Source: Cyanobacteriota bacterium (GTDB taxonomy: Bacteria > Cyanobacteriota > Cyanobacteriia > Cyanobacteriales > Nostocaceae). Taken from it: a stretch of DNA of 64,000 bases. The notes under the pieces were generated by a model, which did no database searches, had not been told where the DNA came from, and saw nothing but the letters and a program-made list of their open reading frames with translations. This document shows, piece by piece, positions 8,674 through 21,160 of the stretch (within the stretch, counting starts at the first letter, position 1; each line of letters opens with the position of its first letter). The position numbers and the translations under genes are program-made. Location of the stretch: NCBI GenBank assembly GCA_046045965.1, contig JBJOKS010000026.1:20141-84140 (forward strand), read 5' to 3'.

Positions 8674-11328
8674 ATGACGAATTCCACACCAGAACCCCAG
8701 CAACCAAATACACCCCTCAGCGATACAAAACTGGTAGAAGACCGCAGCAAGCTGAGTAAGATGTATCAGCACTACGTAGAAATGAAAGATAAATACCCCC
8801 ATGCGTTGCTGCTATATCGCGTCGGTGATTTTTTTGAAACTTTTTTCCAAGACGCTGTAACCGTCTCTAGAGAATTAGAATTAGTTTTAACCAGTAAACA
8901 TGGTGGTGAACTTGGTCGTATTGCTATGACTGGTGTACCTCATCACGCTTGGGAACGCTACACAACCCTACTGGTAGAAAAAGGTTATGCTGTAGTAATT
9001 TGTGATCAAGTTGAGGACGCATCAGAAGCAATAGGTTTAGTTAAACGCGAAGTTACCCGCATCCTCACACCAGGGACTTTGCTAGAAGAAGGAATGCTCA
9101 AAGCAAGTCGTAATAACTACTTAGCCGCTGTGGTAATTGCGGTTAATCATTGGGGTTTAGCCTATGCTGATATATCAACTGGGGAATTTCTCACGACTCA
9201 AGGCAGTGATTTAGAACACCTCACCCAAGAATTAATGAGGTTACAACCTTCTGAAGTGCTTTTTCCCACTAATGCACCGGATTTAGGTACTTTACTACGA
9301 CCAGGGGAAACTTCGCCATCTCTTCCTCAATGTTTACCACCTACATTTTGTTATAGTTTGCGATCGCAACTTCCCTTTTCTCAAGCCGAAGCTAGAAGTA
9401 AATTATTGCAGAAATTCAAATTGCGATCGCTCGAAGGTATCGGTTGTGAACATCTTCCCCTTGCAGTTCGCGCTGCTGGTGGACTTTTGGAATATCTCGA
9501 AGATACGCAAAAACAAAACCCTGTTTCTCTGCAACTATTACACACCTACACCTTAACCGATTATCTGATCGTAGATCATCAAACCCGCCGCAACTTAGAA
9601 ATTACCCAAACAGTGCGCGATGGCACATTTCACGGTTCTTTATTGTGGGCTTTAAACAGAACCAGCACCGCAATGGGTGGACGAGCTTTAAGAAGATGGT
9701 TGTTACAACCGCTACTTGATATTAAAGGCATTCGAGCGCGACAAGATACCATTCAAGAACTACTGGAAAATACTTCCTTACGTCAAGATTTACGGCAATT
9801 ATTAAGAAAAATCTACGATTTAGAACGTTTAGCAGGTCGCGCAGCTTCTGGGAGAGCAAATGCACGGGATTTAATTGCTCTAGCTGATTCTATCTCGCTT
9901 TTACCAGAATTATCTTATTTAGCTTCAGATGCGCGATCGCCATTTCTCAAAGCCTTGCAAAAAGTACCGAGCGTACTGGAAGAATTAGCGAAAAAATTAC
10001 AACTGCACATAGTAGAATCACCACCTACACATTTAAAAGAAGGTGGTTTAATTCGTCCTGGTATAAATCCGCAGTTGGATGAAAGAAAAGCTACAGTTGA
10101 AGCAGACCAGCAATGGATTGCAACTTTAGAAGTTGATGAAAGACTCAGAACCAGTATTCCTAATTTAAAGGTCGGGTTTAATAAGACTTTTGGTTATTAC
10201 ATCAGTATTTCTCGTTCTAAATCTGACCAAGTTCCTGAAAATTATATCCGTAAGCAAACTTTGACCAATGAAGAACGTTACATTACTCCTGAGTTGAAAG
10301 AACGAGAAGCGCGGATATTGACGGCGCGAGATGACTTAAATCAGCTAGAATATGAGATTTTTGCCACTTTACGGGATGAGGTGGCTGATCATGCGGATAC
10401 TATTCGCAATATTTCCCGTGCGGTGGCTGCTGCTGATGTATTATGTGGGTTGGCTGAGTTGGCTGTACATCAAGGTTATTGTCGGCCGGAAATGGTGGAA
10501 AGACGGGAAATTGAGGTTGTTGATGGTCGTCATCCGGTTGTTGAACAGTCTTTACCTGCGGGGTTTTTTGTTCCTAACTCGACTTGGTTAGGAGGAACGA
10601 ACCACGAAGACACGAAGGACACGAAGGAAGAGGAGAAGAAGAGAGGGAAGAAGAAAGAGAATAGTAATGTAGTCTCTCCACCTCCCCACCTCCCTACCTC
10701 CCTATCTTCTTATCCTGATTTGGTGATTTTGACTGGTCCTAATGCTAGTGGAAAGAGTTGTTATTTACGTCAGGTGGGTTTAATTCAGTTAATGGCGCAA
10801 ATTGGTAGTTTTGTACCTGCTAGTTCGGCACGGTTGGGAATTTGCGATCGCATTTTTACTCGTGTGGGTGCGGTTGATGATCTGGCAACGGGTCAATCTA
10901 CTTTTATGGTAGAAATGAATGAAACTGCAAATATTCTCAATCATGCAACAGCTAATTCTTTGGTTTTATTAGATGAAATTGGTCGGGGTACTGCAACTTT
11001 TGATGGTTTATCAATTGCTTGGGCTGTGGCAGAATATTTAGCAGTGGAAATTAAAGCTCGGACTATTTTTGCTACCCATTATCATGAGTTAAATGAGTTA
11101 GCTAGTATTATTAATAATGTGGCAAATTATCAAGTTACTGTGAAAGAATTACCGGATCAAATTATCTTTTTACATCAAGTTCAACCCGGTGGTGCTGATA
11201 AGTCTTATGGTATTGAAGCAGGAAGGTTAGCGGGTTTACCTACGGTGGTAATTAAAAGAGCAAAACAGGTCATGGGACAAATTGAAAAACACAGTAAAAT
11301 TGCAATGGGGTTACAGAATTTAGAATAA
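8674..11328 (+). CDS. mutS: DNA mismatch repair protein MutS
   Basis: GDFFETF mismatch motif, [37 protein letters not shown]. Confidence 0.97.
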   Translation: MTNSTPEPQQPNTPLSDTKLVEDRSKLSKMYQHYVEMKDKYPHALLLYRVGDFFETFFQDAVTVSRELELVLTSKHGGELGRIAMTGVPHHAWERYTTLLVEKGYAVVICDQVEDASEAIGLVKREVTRILTPGTLLEEGMLKASRNNYLAAVVIAVNHWGLAYADISTGEFLTTQGSDLEHLTQELMRLQPSEVLFPTNAPDLGTLLRPGETSPSLPQCLPPTFCYSLRSQLPFSQAEARSKLLQKFKLRSLEGIGCEHLPLAVRAAGGLLEYLEDTQKQNPVSLQLLHTYTLTDYLIVDHQTRRNLEITQTVRDGTFHGSLLWALNRTSTAMGGRALRRWLLQPLLDIKGIRARQDTIQELLENTSLRQDLRQLLRKIYDLERLAGRAASGRANARDLIALADSISLLPELSYLASDARSPFLKALQKVPSVLEELAKKLQLHIVESPPTHLKEGGLIRPGINPQLDERKATVEADQQWIATLEVDERLRTSIPNLKVGFNKTFGYYISISRSKSDQVPENYIRKQTLTNEERYITPELKEREARILTARDDLNQLEYEIFATLRDEVADHADTIRNISRAVAAADVLCGLAELAVHQGYCRPEMVERREIEVVDGRHPVVEQSLPAGFFVPNSTWLGGTNHEDTKDTKEEEKKRGKKKENSNVVSPPPHLPTSLSSYPDLVILTGPNASGKSCYLRQVGLIQLMAQIGSFVPASSARLGICDRIFTRVGAVDDLATGQSTFMVEMNETANILNHATANSLVLLDEIGRGTATFDGLSIAWAVAEYLAVEIKARTIFATHYHELNELASIINNVANYQVTVKELPDQIIFLHQVQPGGADKSYGIEAGRLAGLPTVVIKRAKQVMGQIEKHSKIAMGLQNLE

Positions 11329-11385
11329 TTAACTTTGCGTCTTTGCTCCTTTGCATCTTTGCGCGAAACTCAATAAAAATGTAAC

Positions 11386-13746
11386 TTAACTCCCCAAAAG
11401 TTTCCGTGCTGCTGCTAAAATCAAACGTTGTTCAGCACGAGCGATCGCTTGATAAGTCCTCTCAACAGCTTCCGGTTCCACAGAAATAGAACTTATACCC
11501 CATTCCACCAACTTATCAATAATTTCTGGATATAAAGCAGGTGCTTGACCACAAATAGAACAAGGAATACCCCCATCTTTAGCCATTTTAATTAATTGAC
11601 ATATCGCACCCATCACCGCTGGATGTCGTTCATCAAATATACTTGCTAATTCTCCCTGTTCTCGATCTACTCCTAAAATTAATTGTGTCAAATCATTAGT
11701 ACCAATAGAAATACCCGCTACCCCAGCTTTAATATATTCTGGTAATAAAAATAATACACTTGGTACTTCTGCCATGATCCATAATTGAAAATGCGGATTT
11801 TCCGTTAAACCAGCTTCTTCAACTTGACGACGACAAAATACAAATTCTTCCACAGTTCGCACAAAAGGTAACATCAAATGAATATTACTGTAACCATTTT
11901 TTTGTAATCCTGCCAAAGCTTTCAATTCTAATTCAAAAACAGCCGGATTTCGTAAATAACTCCAAGTCCCATGTTCACCTAATATTGACTGTGATGAAGA
12001 TTGTCTAACATCACTAAAAGATGATAAATCCTGGGGTCGCCAATCTAAAGAACGATATAAAATAGGTCTGGGTGTAAAAGCTCGCGCAAACTTTTTAATC
12101 TGCTCAGATATATTTTCTAATAATTCCGTCTGTCTTCCACCTAACAGCCAAGCATGAGGATTTTCTCCCTCCAAAATATTTAACATCATCAATTCTGAAC
12201 GTAACAAACCTACCCCATCCACAGGTAGACTTTGTACTTTTTCAATTAAATTAGGTTGACTGAGGTTAACTAATAATTGGGTAGCAATCATAGGTAGGAG
12301 TTTAACATTACTAAACCCATCGTGAAACTGTTCTGAATTATCATCAAGTGCCTCATTTATGTGGTAGTGTAAAGAAATTTTCTCCCCATCAGCTAAATTA
12401 TCATCCTCTCCTCTGCAACGATAAACTTCCCCCCTGTCACCATCAAGTAATAGTCTTTCACTAGTTTGAATCTGCTTGGTGGCATTTGTGACGCTGACTA
12501 CAGCAGGAATACCCAACTCTCTAGATAAAATTGCCGCATGGCTAGTTAATCCACCTCTTTCCGTAATAATGCCCCCCAAGTTATGTAGTAAAGGCAACCA
12601 ATCAGGAGTAATGGCTGGAGCGATTAAAATTACTCCCTTGGGGATTTGTTCTGGTTTGAGTTGTGAACTAACAATAACATAAGCAGTAGCCATCACACGT
12701 CCCCTAGCCGCCCCTATACCTTTGAGGATATGCCAACTAGGAATTAAAGATGGAGGGGCGCTAACTTGAGTAATGTAAAGCTTAGGAGCGGGAGTTGTTT
12801 CAATAATTGTCCATTTTATAGTTAATTTTGCACCTAATTCACTCACTAATTGATTGCCTAAAATAATTATTTGTTGTAGACAATTTTCTGATAAAGCATA
12901 CTGTTTTTGTTGATTCTCACTGAGTAAGTAAGATAGTAAACAATTGTGATCTGTGATTAATCTAGACTGGTATTCCTCAGCAGCAACAGATGTAGGATCA
13001 TGAACACAATAAGCGAGAATTTTATTTCCCAATTGTTGTTCTTGAATAACTCCGGTTTTTTCTTCGATGTAGTAAACATCTGGTAATACTTCACCCTTGG
13101 TAATAGCTACTCCTAATCCATAGGTAGCTTCAATTTCTGCTCCTGATGTATTATCTTTAAATGAACCAGAGGCGATCGCATTTTCAACAGGTTGTACTAA
13201 TACCCCTAAATTAATTTGTTTTAAATTAATGCCTACACTCTGCCAATATAGTAAACTTCTAGCACGAAATAATTGACTCCAAGTTTGTTTTAAACCTTGA
13301 GCGATCGCTTCAGGATCACAAACACAAAACACCGACTCCAGCAACCCAGAAATATTTCCCATCACCTGATGACCAGATGATATGCTCAGACTCGGACGCA
13401 AAATTAAACATTTCCCTTCCCAAGTTGTCGCAGCTTGGAAAATCTTACTCACCCAATACTGTGGCACAATACCAGCAATAATTTCCTGACGCAAGCGGCC
13501 AGCCACCTGCTGAAGTTGTTGCCAATTACCCACATCTAAATGTAGAGAAGAATAGGGCAAGTCCGCAACTAATGACTCGGAACTATTGAGGGTTTCTAGA
13601 AATTCTCGCCCAACATCCGCCCCAACTACAAAACCAGGCACTACTGGATAGCCCCTTTGCATAATTCTGCTCAAGTAAAACGCTTTATCCCCAACTTGGG
13701 CGCGGTCTTGTGATTTAATTTGGTCAAGCCAGTAGAGTTTGTCCAC
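11386..13746 (-). CDS. PEP synthase-like / PEP-utilising protein
   Basis: Phospho-His motif GGLTSHAAILSRELGIPAVV; PEP-binding domain DGVGLLRSE, MAEVPS, SIGTNDLTQ, SICGQ; divergent N-terminal ATP-grasp region. Confidence 0.85.
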   Translation of the reverse strand: MDKLYWLDQIKSQDRAQVGDKAFYLSRIMQRGYPVVPGFVVGADVGREFLETLNSSESLVADLPYSSLHLDVGNWQQLQQVAGRLRQEIIAGIVPQYWVSKIFQAATTWEGKCLILRPSLSISSGHQVMGNISGLLESVFCVCDPEAIAQGLKQTWSQLFRARSLLYWQSVGINLKQINLGVLVQPVENAIASGSFKDNTSGAEIEATYGLGVAITKGEVLPDVYYIEEKTGVIQEQQLGNKILAYCVHDPTSVAAEEYQSRLITDHNCLLSYLLSENQQKQYALSENCLQQIIILGNQLVSELGAKLTIKWTIIETTPAPKLYITQVSAPPSLIPSWHILKGIGAARGRVMATAYVIVSSQLKPEQIPKGVILIAPAITPDWLPLLHNLGGIITERGGLTSHAAILSRELGIPAVVSVTNATKQIQTSERLLLDGDRGEVYRCRGEDDNLADGEKISLHYHINEALDDNSEQFHDGFSNVKLLPMIATQLLVNLSQPNLIEKVQSLPVDGVGLLRSELMMLNILEGENPHAWLLGGRQTELLENISEQIKKFARAFTPRPILYRSLDWRPQDLSSFSDVRQSSSQSILGEHGTWSYLRNPAVFELELKALAGLQKNGYSNIHLMLPFVRTVEEFVFCRRQVEEAGLTENPHFQLWIMAEVPSVLFLLPEYIKAGVAGISIGTNDLTQLILGVDREQGELASIFDERHPAVMGAICQLIKMAKDGGIPCSICGQAPALYPEIIDKLVEWGISSISVEPEAVERTYQAIARAEQRLILAAARKLLGS

Positions 13747-13929
13747 TCAAGTCTTTAGGTGTCATTTGTGCAGTTTTTAGGTATCATTTGTCAGTGATCG
13801 ACCAACTGACCTTATAGTAAAATGGAATTGGTAAACCAGTTTCAGGTAAATATTATTGATCACTGACTTTTGAAACTATATTACCAATTAAGGTAGGATA
13901 TAATATTGTTTTTAACAAATAGAAATTAA

Positions 13930-14388
13930 TTGACAAACTCTTATTACATTGCCAGTAATGATTGGCTGAATATCTGCTTTCGGCTCTGTCTAGCATTGCT
14001 AATTGGCTCAATTATAGGCTTAGAACGTCAACTCAAGCATAAACCAGCTGGGTTAAGAACTCATATGTTAGTCAGTTTGGGTTCGGCTGTGTTTACTATC
14101 ACTGCTATCCAAGTCGGTGGAGAAAACATCAGCGCCGACGCTCTCAGTCGCGTTATTCAAGGAATTGCTTCTGGAGTGGGGTTTCTCGGTGCTGGCGAAA
14201 TTTTGCGCGAATCTTCTCAAAAATCAAGGTCAGTTGAAATTCATGGTCTGACTTCGGCCGCAGCTATTTGGGTAGCAGCTGCTTTAGGAATTGCCTCTGG
14301 GTGTGGTTTATGGCAGCTAGGATTAATTGCTGCTTTGTTGACGGTTATCGTTCTCAATATATTTAAAAAATTAGAAAAATTTCATTAG
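13930..14388 (+). CDS. MgtC/SapB family membrane protein
   Basis: IGLERQ..KPAGLRTHMLV, GVGFLGAG, GLTSAAAIW. Confidence 0.92.
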   Translation: MTNSYYIASNDWLNICFRLCLALLIGSIIGLERQLKHKPAGLRTHMLVSLGSAVFTITAIQVGGENISADALSRVIQGIASGVGFLGAGEILRESSQKSRSVEIHGLTSAAAIWVAAALGIASGCGLWQLGLIAALLTVIVLNIFKKLEKFH

Positions 14389-14389
14389 T

Positions 14390-14544
<155 letters not shown>

Positions 14545-14976
14545 CTATAATTCGGGAAAATTAAACAATTTCAATACCTCGGCAAAAATATCTTCATCTA
14601 CTCTTGTTTCCAAAATAGATTTTACTAAATTAATAAATTGTAAATCCGATATATTATCATTGTCTATAATTTTACTGGCTGCATAAAAACTTACATCATC
14701 AATCATTAATTCATTGGTAATACCTGTTTGAAAACCAGCATTTTTTCTTTCCCAACAAAGAGATTTACCACGTAATGTAAATTGAAACCAGATAATTTCA
14801 TCATTTTTTAATTCCAGAAAAATATCAAAATAAGGTTCTCCCCCTTGGAACCAAATTCTCGCTGTATCTGCTTTCTCAGATGGCTTGAGTATTTTTGGCT
14901 CAATAGCTCTCAATGATGCACCTAGTGATGCGATTTCTTCTGGTTTTAACATCATTGTATTTGGCTGCAATTTCAT
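14545..14976 (-). CDS. Conserved hypothetical protein
   Basis: 143-aa ORF with RIWFQGGEPYFD motif and plausible composition. Confidence 0.7.
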   Translation of the reverse strand: MKLQPNTMMLKPEEIASLGASLRAIEPKILKPSEKADTARIWFQGGEPYFDIFLELKNDEIIWFQFTLRGKSLCWERKNAGFQTGITNELMIDDVSFYAASKIIDNDNISDLQFINLVKSILETRVDEDIFAEVLKLFNFPEL

Positions 14977-15024
14977 ATTTTTTCAGTAAGGTAAATAGAG
15001 ACTAAGGAATAATACAGCATAATT

Positions 15025-15059
<35 letters not shown>

Positions 15060-15150
15060 GAAACTGGCTTTATGTATAGGTTTAAATTTTGATTCTGTAC
15101 CTCATTGATCTGCAATCTGCTGTAATTAATTATGAATTATGAATTATGAA

Positions 15151-16266
15151 TTAACTTGATATTTCTCCTGCTTTCACAAACAGAATTTGTGAAGAATTTA
15201 ACCATTGAGAGTCAAAAGCACCCAAATGAGTAGTAGTAATTAAAGTCTGAAACCTGTCTTGAATAGCATCAAGTAATTGATTTTGACGGGATAAGTCTAA
15301 TTCAGCTAAAACATCATCTAATAAAAGTAAAGGAGCTTCATTAACGACTTCTTCAATTAATTGTAATTCTGCTAATTTTAAAGCTAAAACTAATGTACGT
15401 TGTTGACCTTGGGAACCATATTGACGAGCAGGTGTTTGGTTAATAATTAATTCTACTTCATCCCGGTGCGGACCTACTAAAGTAGTACCTCGGTGCAATT
15501 CAATAGTAGAACGTTGTTGAATTTTACTGAAAAAAGATTGTCTAATATCTTCATTATCATCTTTTTTTAGTGGCACATTAGGAGCATAATTAATTTCCAA
15601 AATTTCTGTACTACCACTAATACTAGCGTGCCAAGCTGCGGCGATGGGTGTTAATCTTTGAATAGCTCTGTCACGTCTTCTAATTACCTTTGTTCCAGCG
15701 GTAACTAATTGTGCATCCCAAATAGCTAATTCTTCCTCCCGACTCCTGACTCCTGACTCCTGACTCCTTTTCAAAAAAGCATTACGTTGACGTAAAACCT
15801 GGTTATATTGATGTAAAATGTGAGCATAAACTGGTTCGAGTTGAATCAAAAGTGTATCTAACCAATTACGACGAACTTCAGGACGACCTCTGACCAATTC
15901 TAAATCTAAACTAGAAAATTCTACAGCATTTAAAACACCGAGAAAATCCATTTGTCTGCGGACTATTTCACTGTTTATAGCCACACTACGGCGGCCATGT
16001 CGGCGTAAAGTTAATGTTAAATCACTTATTCCTGCGCTTCTTTCTAGGGTAGCATTAATTTGAGCAATATCTTCACCATCTTTAATAAAATCACGATCTT
16101 TACCCATGCGGTGCGATCGCAATGTCGCTAACAACTCTACAGACTCCAACAAATTAGATTTTCCCTGAGCATTATTACCGACTAAAATAGTTTTCGGGGC
16201 AGTAAAATCAATTTTTTGCTCTTGGTAATTACGAAAATTTCTGAGGTGTATATTTTTTAAGTACAT
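15151..16266 (-). CDS. recF: DNA replication/repair protein RecF
   Basis: GNNAQGKSN, GPHRDE, YGSQGQQR, LLLDDVLAELD. Confidence 0.96.
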   Translation of the reverse strand: MYLKNIHLRNFRNYQEQKIDFTAPKTILVGNNAQGKSNLLESVELLATLRSHRMGKDRDFIKDGEDIAQINATLERSAGISDLTLTLRRHGRRSVAINSEIVRRQMDFLGVLNAVEFSSLDLELVRGRPEVRRNWLDTLLIQLEPVYAHILHQYNQVLRQRNAFLKRSQESGVRSREEELAIWDAQLVTAGTKVIRRRDRAIQRLTPIAAAWHASISGSTEILEINYAPNVPLKKDDNEDIRQSFFSKIQQRSTIELHRGTTLVGPHRDEVELIINQTPARQYGSQGQQRTLVLALKLAELQLIEEVVNEAPLLLLDDVLAELDLSRQNQLLDAIQDRFQTLITTTHLGAFDSQWLNSSQILFVKAGEISS

Positions 16267-16388
16267 CTTGATAAATTAACAATTAAAAATTAAAAATTAA
16301 AAATTCAAGAACTAGGAAGTAAAAGGTAAAAGGCAAAAGGGAGAATAAATTAATTACCGATTACCAATTACCAATTACCAATTACCTA

Positions 16389-19262
16389 TCAAACATTCTT
16401 CTTGCCCATAACGCGGAAGAAAATCTTTTCTCCTTCAATCCAAACAAACATCAAGGCACTGAAACCAATGCAAATTAGTAACTCATTAAAAGGTAGATAG
16501 TGAGTACCAAAAAATGCTCGCAGAGGTGGAACATAAACCAGCATCAACTGTAAAATCGTAGTGGCAACAACAGCCCCCAATACGAATTTATTAGAAAGAG
16601 GATTCATTTCAATTGTTAGTTGATTGTTAGAACGAATAGCGATCGCATGACCCATTTGGGCAAGACATAAAGTAGTAAATACCATTGTCTTCCAGCGTTC
16701 GGGATCTAGACCTTCCCCAGTGGCTACTTTGACGTGAGCATAAGCCCATTGCATGAGAATAATTGTGATAATCGCAAAGACAATGCCAATTCGCACCATG
16801 TAAGCACCCAAACCCCTGGCAAAAATACTTTCACGGGGACTAAAAGGAGGACGCTGCATCACATCTGGTTCTGGGGGTTCTACTGCTAAAGCTAAAGCTG
16901 GTAAACCATCCGTTACCAAGTTCATCCAGAGAATTTGCAAAGGTGAGAGGGGAACACCACCCAACCCCAAAAGTGGCGCTGAAGCAATGGTAAGAACTTC
17001 ACCGATATTACTACCCAGGATGTATTTGATAAACCGCCGAATATTGGTATAAACAACTCTACCTTCTTTAGTAGCAGCAACAATAGTGGCAAAGTTATCA
17101 TCTAACAGCACCATATCACTGGCTTCTTTACTCACATCTGTACCGGTGATACCCATAGCGATACCGATATCAGCTTGTTTGAGGGCAGGAGCATCATTAA
17201 CACCATCCCCAGTCATGGCCACAAATCTACCACGACGTTGCAATGCCTGAACAATTCGTAGTTTGTGTTCTGGGGACACTCTAGCGTAAATACTGACTAA
17301 ATCAACTTGTTGTTCTAGTTCAGGATCACTCATGCGTTGCAGCTCTTGACCGGTGAGAACTCTAGCATCTGCATCAGCGATACCCAAGTCTACAGCGATC
17401 GCCCTAGCAGTTAACTGATGATCACCAGTAATCATCACTGGACGAATACCAGCCTGACGACATTCTGCCACAGCTGCTCGTACTTCAGGGCGTGGAGCAT
17501 CCAACATCCCCACCAAACCCAACCACACCAAATCATTTTCAGAAGTATCTTCTGAAGCTTCAGGGGGTATTTCCGTTAAAGGTTTATAGGCAAAACCTAA
17601 GACCCGCAAACCTTGAGAAGCCATTTGGTCATTAGCTGCTAAAATTTGGGCGTGTCGTTCTTCATCTATGGGGATAGAGCGATCGCCTAAATAAATGTGT
17701 GTGCAACGAGCTAAAGTTAATTCTGGGGAACCCTTGGTAAACATTAAATACTGTTCCGAGTCCACAAAACCAGCAATTACCGGGTCAACCCCAGTCATCC
17801 CCGGATCACCAGTGGCCACTGCTTCCACCTGAGAAATAACACTCATGCGTTTTCTTTCGGAAGAAAAGGGAAACTCAGACACACGGGGTAACTTACTATT
17901 CCATTGATCCTTTTCAAGACCAGCTTTACCCGCCAAAGTCATCAAAGCGCCTTCGGTGGGGTCGCCTAAAATTACCCATTCTCCCGCTTCTTTTTGCAGT
18001 ACCGAGTCATTACACACAGCACAAGCAACTAGCAGGGCGGCTATTTCTGGATGTGCTTCTAAATCTACTTTTTGACCATCTAATTGAAAATCACCTACAG
18101 GAGCATAACCTTCTCCCGTCACCCGGAAATTTTTTTGATTGGTGTAGACTGACTGCACCACCATTTTATTTTGAGTTAAAGTCCCGGTTTTATCAGAACA
18201 GATGGTAGTTACAGAACCGAGAGTTTCCACAGCTGGGAGTTTACGAATTAAAGCATGATGACGCACCATGCGTTGAGTTCCCAAAGCCAGAGTTACAGTA
18301 ATAACCGCAGGTAAACCTTCTGGAACTACCGCCACTGCCATACTCAGAGAAACTTCTACCAACTCTTGTAAATTTTTCCAGCCTATTCCTTTCACTAAAT
18401 CATGGATTAGACCACCACCGACAACCAGAGCAACCAGCACCAAAGAACCAGATACCAAAACATTACCCAGTTGCGTCATGCGTTGTTGCAGGGGAGTAGG
18501 TTCACTTTCCACCGACTGCAACATCGTGGCAATTTTGCCTAGTTCCGTTGTCATGCCAGTATTAGTAACCAGCACCTTAGCGCGGCCTTGGACAACTTCT
18601 GTTCCTTGGAAAACTAAATTAATGCGATCGCCTAAAGACGTATCTTCTGGTAATGTAAGTATGGCTTGCTTATTGACAGCTTCAGCTTCGCCAGTCAATG
18701 CTGACTCTCGCACCTGCAAATTAGACTGTTCTATTAAGCGTCCATCAGCAGCCAACTGTACACCCGCTTCCAGCAGCATCACATCCCCAGGTACAAGATC
18801 CTTCCCCGCTACATCCGTTAGTTTACCGTCACGGATCACCCGTACTGAGGGCGAAGAGAGTTTTTTCAAGGCCGCCAGTGCTTTTTCCGCACGGCTTTCC
18901 TGGACATAACCGAGAATGCCATTCAGGATTACAATCGCCATAATCGCAATTGTGTCTTTAAATGGTACTTCACCAGCTTTTAATGTACCTTGTTGCAAAG
19001 CCAAAAAATCTAACCCACCAGAAATGAGAGCGACACCGATCAGCATCAATAACATAATGTTAGTAAACTGATCGAGTAGAATCTCCCAAGGACTACGGCC
19101 ACCCTGTTCTTCTAGTTCGTTGGGACCGTATTTTTGCAAACGTTGTTCAACTTCTTGGGGTGTTAAGCCGCTGTCTGCATTGCTATCAAGCAGGTCTAAA
19201 GCTTTATCAACCTCTAAACTATGCCAAACTGCGGCACCTTCAGGCAAAGAATGAGCAGACAT
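16389..19262 (-). CDS. P-type IIA cation (Ca2+) transporting ATPase, PacL-like
   Basis: [40 protein letters not shown]. Confidence 0.93.
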   Translation of the reverse strand: MSAHSLPEGAAVWHSLEVDKALDLLDSNADSGLTPQEVEQRLQKYGPNELEEQGGRSPWEILLDQFTNIMLLMLIGVALISGGLDFLALQQGTLKAGEVPFKDTIAIMAIVILNGILGYVQESRAEKALAALKKLSSPSVRVIRDGKLTDVAGKDLVPGDVMLLEAGVQLAADGRLIEQSNLQVRESALTGEAEAVNKQAILTLPEDTSLGDRINLVFQGTEVVQGRAKVLVTNTGMTTELGKIATMLQSVESEPTPLQQRMTQLGNVLVSGSLVLVALVVGGGLIHDLVKGIGWKNLQELVEVSLSMAVAVVPEGLPAVITVTLALGTQRMVRHHALIRKLPAVETLGSVTTICSDKTGTLTQNKMVVQSVYTNQKNFRVTGEGYAPVGDFQLDGQKVDLEAHPEIAALLVACAVCNDSVLQKEAGEWVILGDPTEGALMTLAGKAGLEKDQWNSKLPRVSEFPFSSERKRMSVISQVEAVATGDPGMTGVDPVIAGFVDSEQYLMFTKGSPELTLARCTHIYLGDRSIPIDEERHAQILAANDQMASQGLRVLGFAYKPLTEIPPEASEDTSENDLVWLGLVGMLDAPRPEVRAAVAECRQAGIRPVMITGDHQLTARAIAVDLGIADADARVLTGQELQRMSDPELEQQVDLVSIYARVSPEHKLRIVQALQRRGRFVAMTGDGVNDAPALKQADIGIAMGITGTDVSKEASDMVLLDDNFATIVAATKEGRVVYTNIRRFIKYILGSNIGEVLTIASAPLLGLGGVPLSPLQILWMNLVTDGLPALALAVEPPEPDVMQRPPFSPRESIFARGLGAYMVRIGIVFAIITIILMQWAYAHVKVATGEGLDPERWKTMVFTTLCLAQMGHAIAIRSNNQLTIEMNPLSNKFVLGAVVATTILQLMLVYVPPLRAFFGTHYLPFNELLICIGFSALMFVWIEGEKIFFRVMGKKNV

Positions 19263-19489
19263 CGTGTAGGTTACAGGAAATGGTTACAAAATTCGATCAT
19301 AATTGAGTAATGCCAGGAATTCCATCAACTAAAGTTACATTGGGGACTGGGGACTCTTAAGAAAGCAGGGAGAACAGGGAAAACTGGAAAAGTTGGGGAA
19401 GAATATTTATTTATCTTTTGCTTCTTCCACTGAACCAATGACCAATGACCAATGACCAATGACCAATGACCAATGACCAATAAAATAAT

Positions 19490-21160
19490 ATGAGTTCTGC
19501 ACTCCCTAGTTTGAATGTTAGCCAGATGTTTGGGCAAAAAACAATCCGACCGCTTACTGCTGCTACCCTGTATGGTATCGCGTTCATCAAAGATCAACTT
19601 ATTGCGATCGACACTCTCAAAGGGCATCTACTGGAGATTGATCCCATATCTGATAACAGTAAAATTCTTAATCCCCACCAAGTCAAGGAATTTACAGATG
19701 TTACTGGTTTAGCAGTGTGGGAAGATACACTCTGGGTCAGCCGTGGTAATAGTATTTATTTATGTAAGTTGGCCTCTTTGGGTTTGGAGCATTTTGTCAC
19801 TTTACCTTATGCTGCTGATGGTGTTGCTGTTTGGGAGTCCACTGTCTATGTTAGTTGCCAAAGACTAGGCTGTATTCTGATTTTTGATAAAGATACACGC
19901 AAAGAGATTACTCGATTTTATGCCCCTGGTGTGGGGATAGAAAATTTGGCAGTTAGTGAGGAAACTCTCTGGGTTTGCGATCGCACTGAGCAAACAGTTT
20001 ACTCTATGGATCGGGCAACAGGAGAACTTCGTTTTAGCATCCTCACTCCTTTTGCTTCTCCTACAGGTATCGCTATCCATAGTCAGGATCAAACAGGTAA
20101 GGATCTACTCTACGTTGCTTACTCTACTGAAGAGCCTTATATTCGTGATAATCCCAATGCTGACCCTAGTCATGAGCTCACTTACCGGGATATTACTTTT
20201 ATTCATCCCCTGTATTATCATTATCAACCAGATAAACGCTACGCCCTATCTAATGGTTATCTGGTGGAAATGTCCTATGTGGAAGAAATTTCTCCCCTAG
20301 ACGAGGTTTATTTAACCAATGTCGAATGGCGAATTGCTCTCCCTTCAGAAACAGAACGCCAAAAGGTCAAACAAGTTGAAGCTATTGGTTTACCCTTCAC
20401 AGAAGAAATTATCGCAGGACAAAGGGTAGCTGTATTTAAATTTGATTCCCTCGTTCCCGGTGAACGTCATATCTTCGGCTGGAAAGCACTTTTGGAAGTT
20501 CGCGGGATTAAATATCGCATCACACCCAAAGATGTAGAAGAAATACCAGCACTGACACCAGAGTTACAAACTCGCTATTTGGTGGATGATGATGATTTAG
20601 CAATGGACACAACCATTGTCCGCCGTGCAGCCCGTGAAGCTGTTGGTTCGGAAACCAATATGTTACGAAAAATGTATAATATCCGCAACTACGTCTATGA
20701 TGAGTTATCCTATGGTATTAAACCCCACATAGATACACCAGATATAGTTTTAGAACGAGGCGTTGGTTCTTGTGGGGAATATGTAGGCGTATTGCTGGCT
20801 TTGTGTCGTTTGAATGGTATTCCTTGTCGCACTGTCGGCAGGTATAAATGTCCTCCCTACGGTGAACTACAGGGAGTCCCTCTGCAACCCGACTTTAATC
20901 ATGTGTGGCTAGAGTTTTACATCCCTAATTTTGGTTGGTTACCAATGGAATCAAATCCCGATGATATAGGTGATTATGGTCCTTATCCCACACGCTTTTT
21001 TATGGGGTTATGTTGGTATCATGTCGAAATTGGTAAAGGAGTATCCTTTGAAACCCTAACCAGTAATGGCGATCGGTTAACCAAAGAAGACATATCCATT
21101 GGCGAGTTGGCGATTAATCATATTCGGTTTACAATTCTTAAAGAATTACCACCCATTTAA
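19490..21160 (+). CDS. Transglutaminase-like protein with N-terminal beta-propeller
   Basis: GSCGEY (Cys) and FNHVWLE (His) core; repeated GLAV/GVAV/NLAV/GIAI blades. Confidence 0.85.
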   Translation: MSSALPSLNVSQMFGQKTIRPLTAATLYGIAFIKDQLIAIDTLKGHLLEIDPISDNSKILNPHQVKEFTDVTGLAVWEDTLWVSRGNSIYLCKLASLGLEHFVTLPYAADGVAVWESTVYVSCQRLGCILIFDKDTRKEITRFYAPGVGIENLAVSEETLWVCDRTEQTVYSMDRATGELRFSILTPFASPTGIAIHSQDQTGKDLLYVAYSTEEPYIRDNPNADPSHELTYRDITFIHPLYYHYQPDKRYALSNGYLVEMSYVEEISPLDEVYLTNVEWRIALPSETERQKVKQVEAIGLPFTEEIIAGQRVAVFKFDSLVPGERHIFGWKALLEVRGIKYRITPKDVEEIPALTPELQTRYLVDDDDLAMDTTIVRRAAREAVGSETNMLRKMYNIRNYVYDELSYGIKPHIDTPDIVLERGVGSCGEYVGVLLALCRLNGIPCRTVGRYKCPPYGELQGVPLQPDFNHVWLEFYIPNFGWLPMESNPDDIGDYGPYPTRFFMGLCWYHVEIGKGVSFETLTSNGDRLTKEDISIGELAINHIRFTILKELPPI

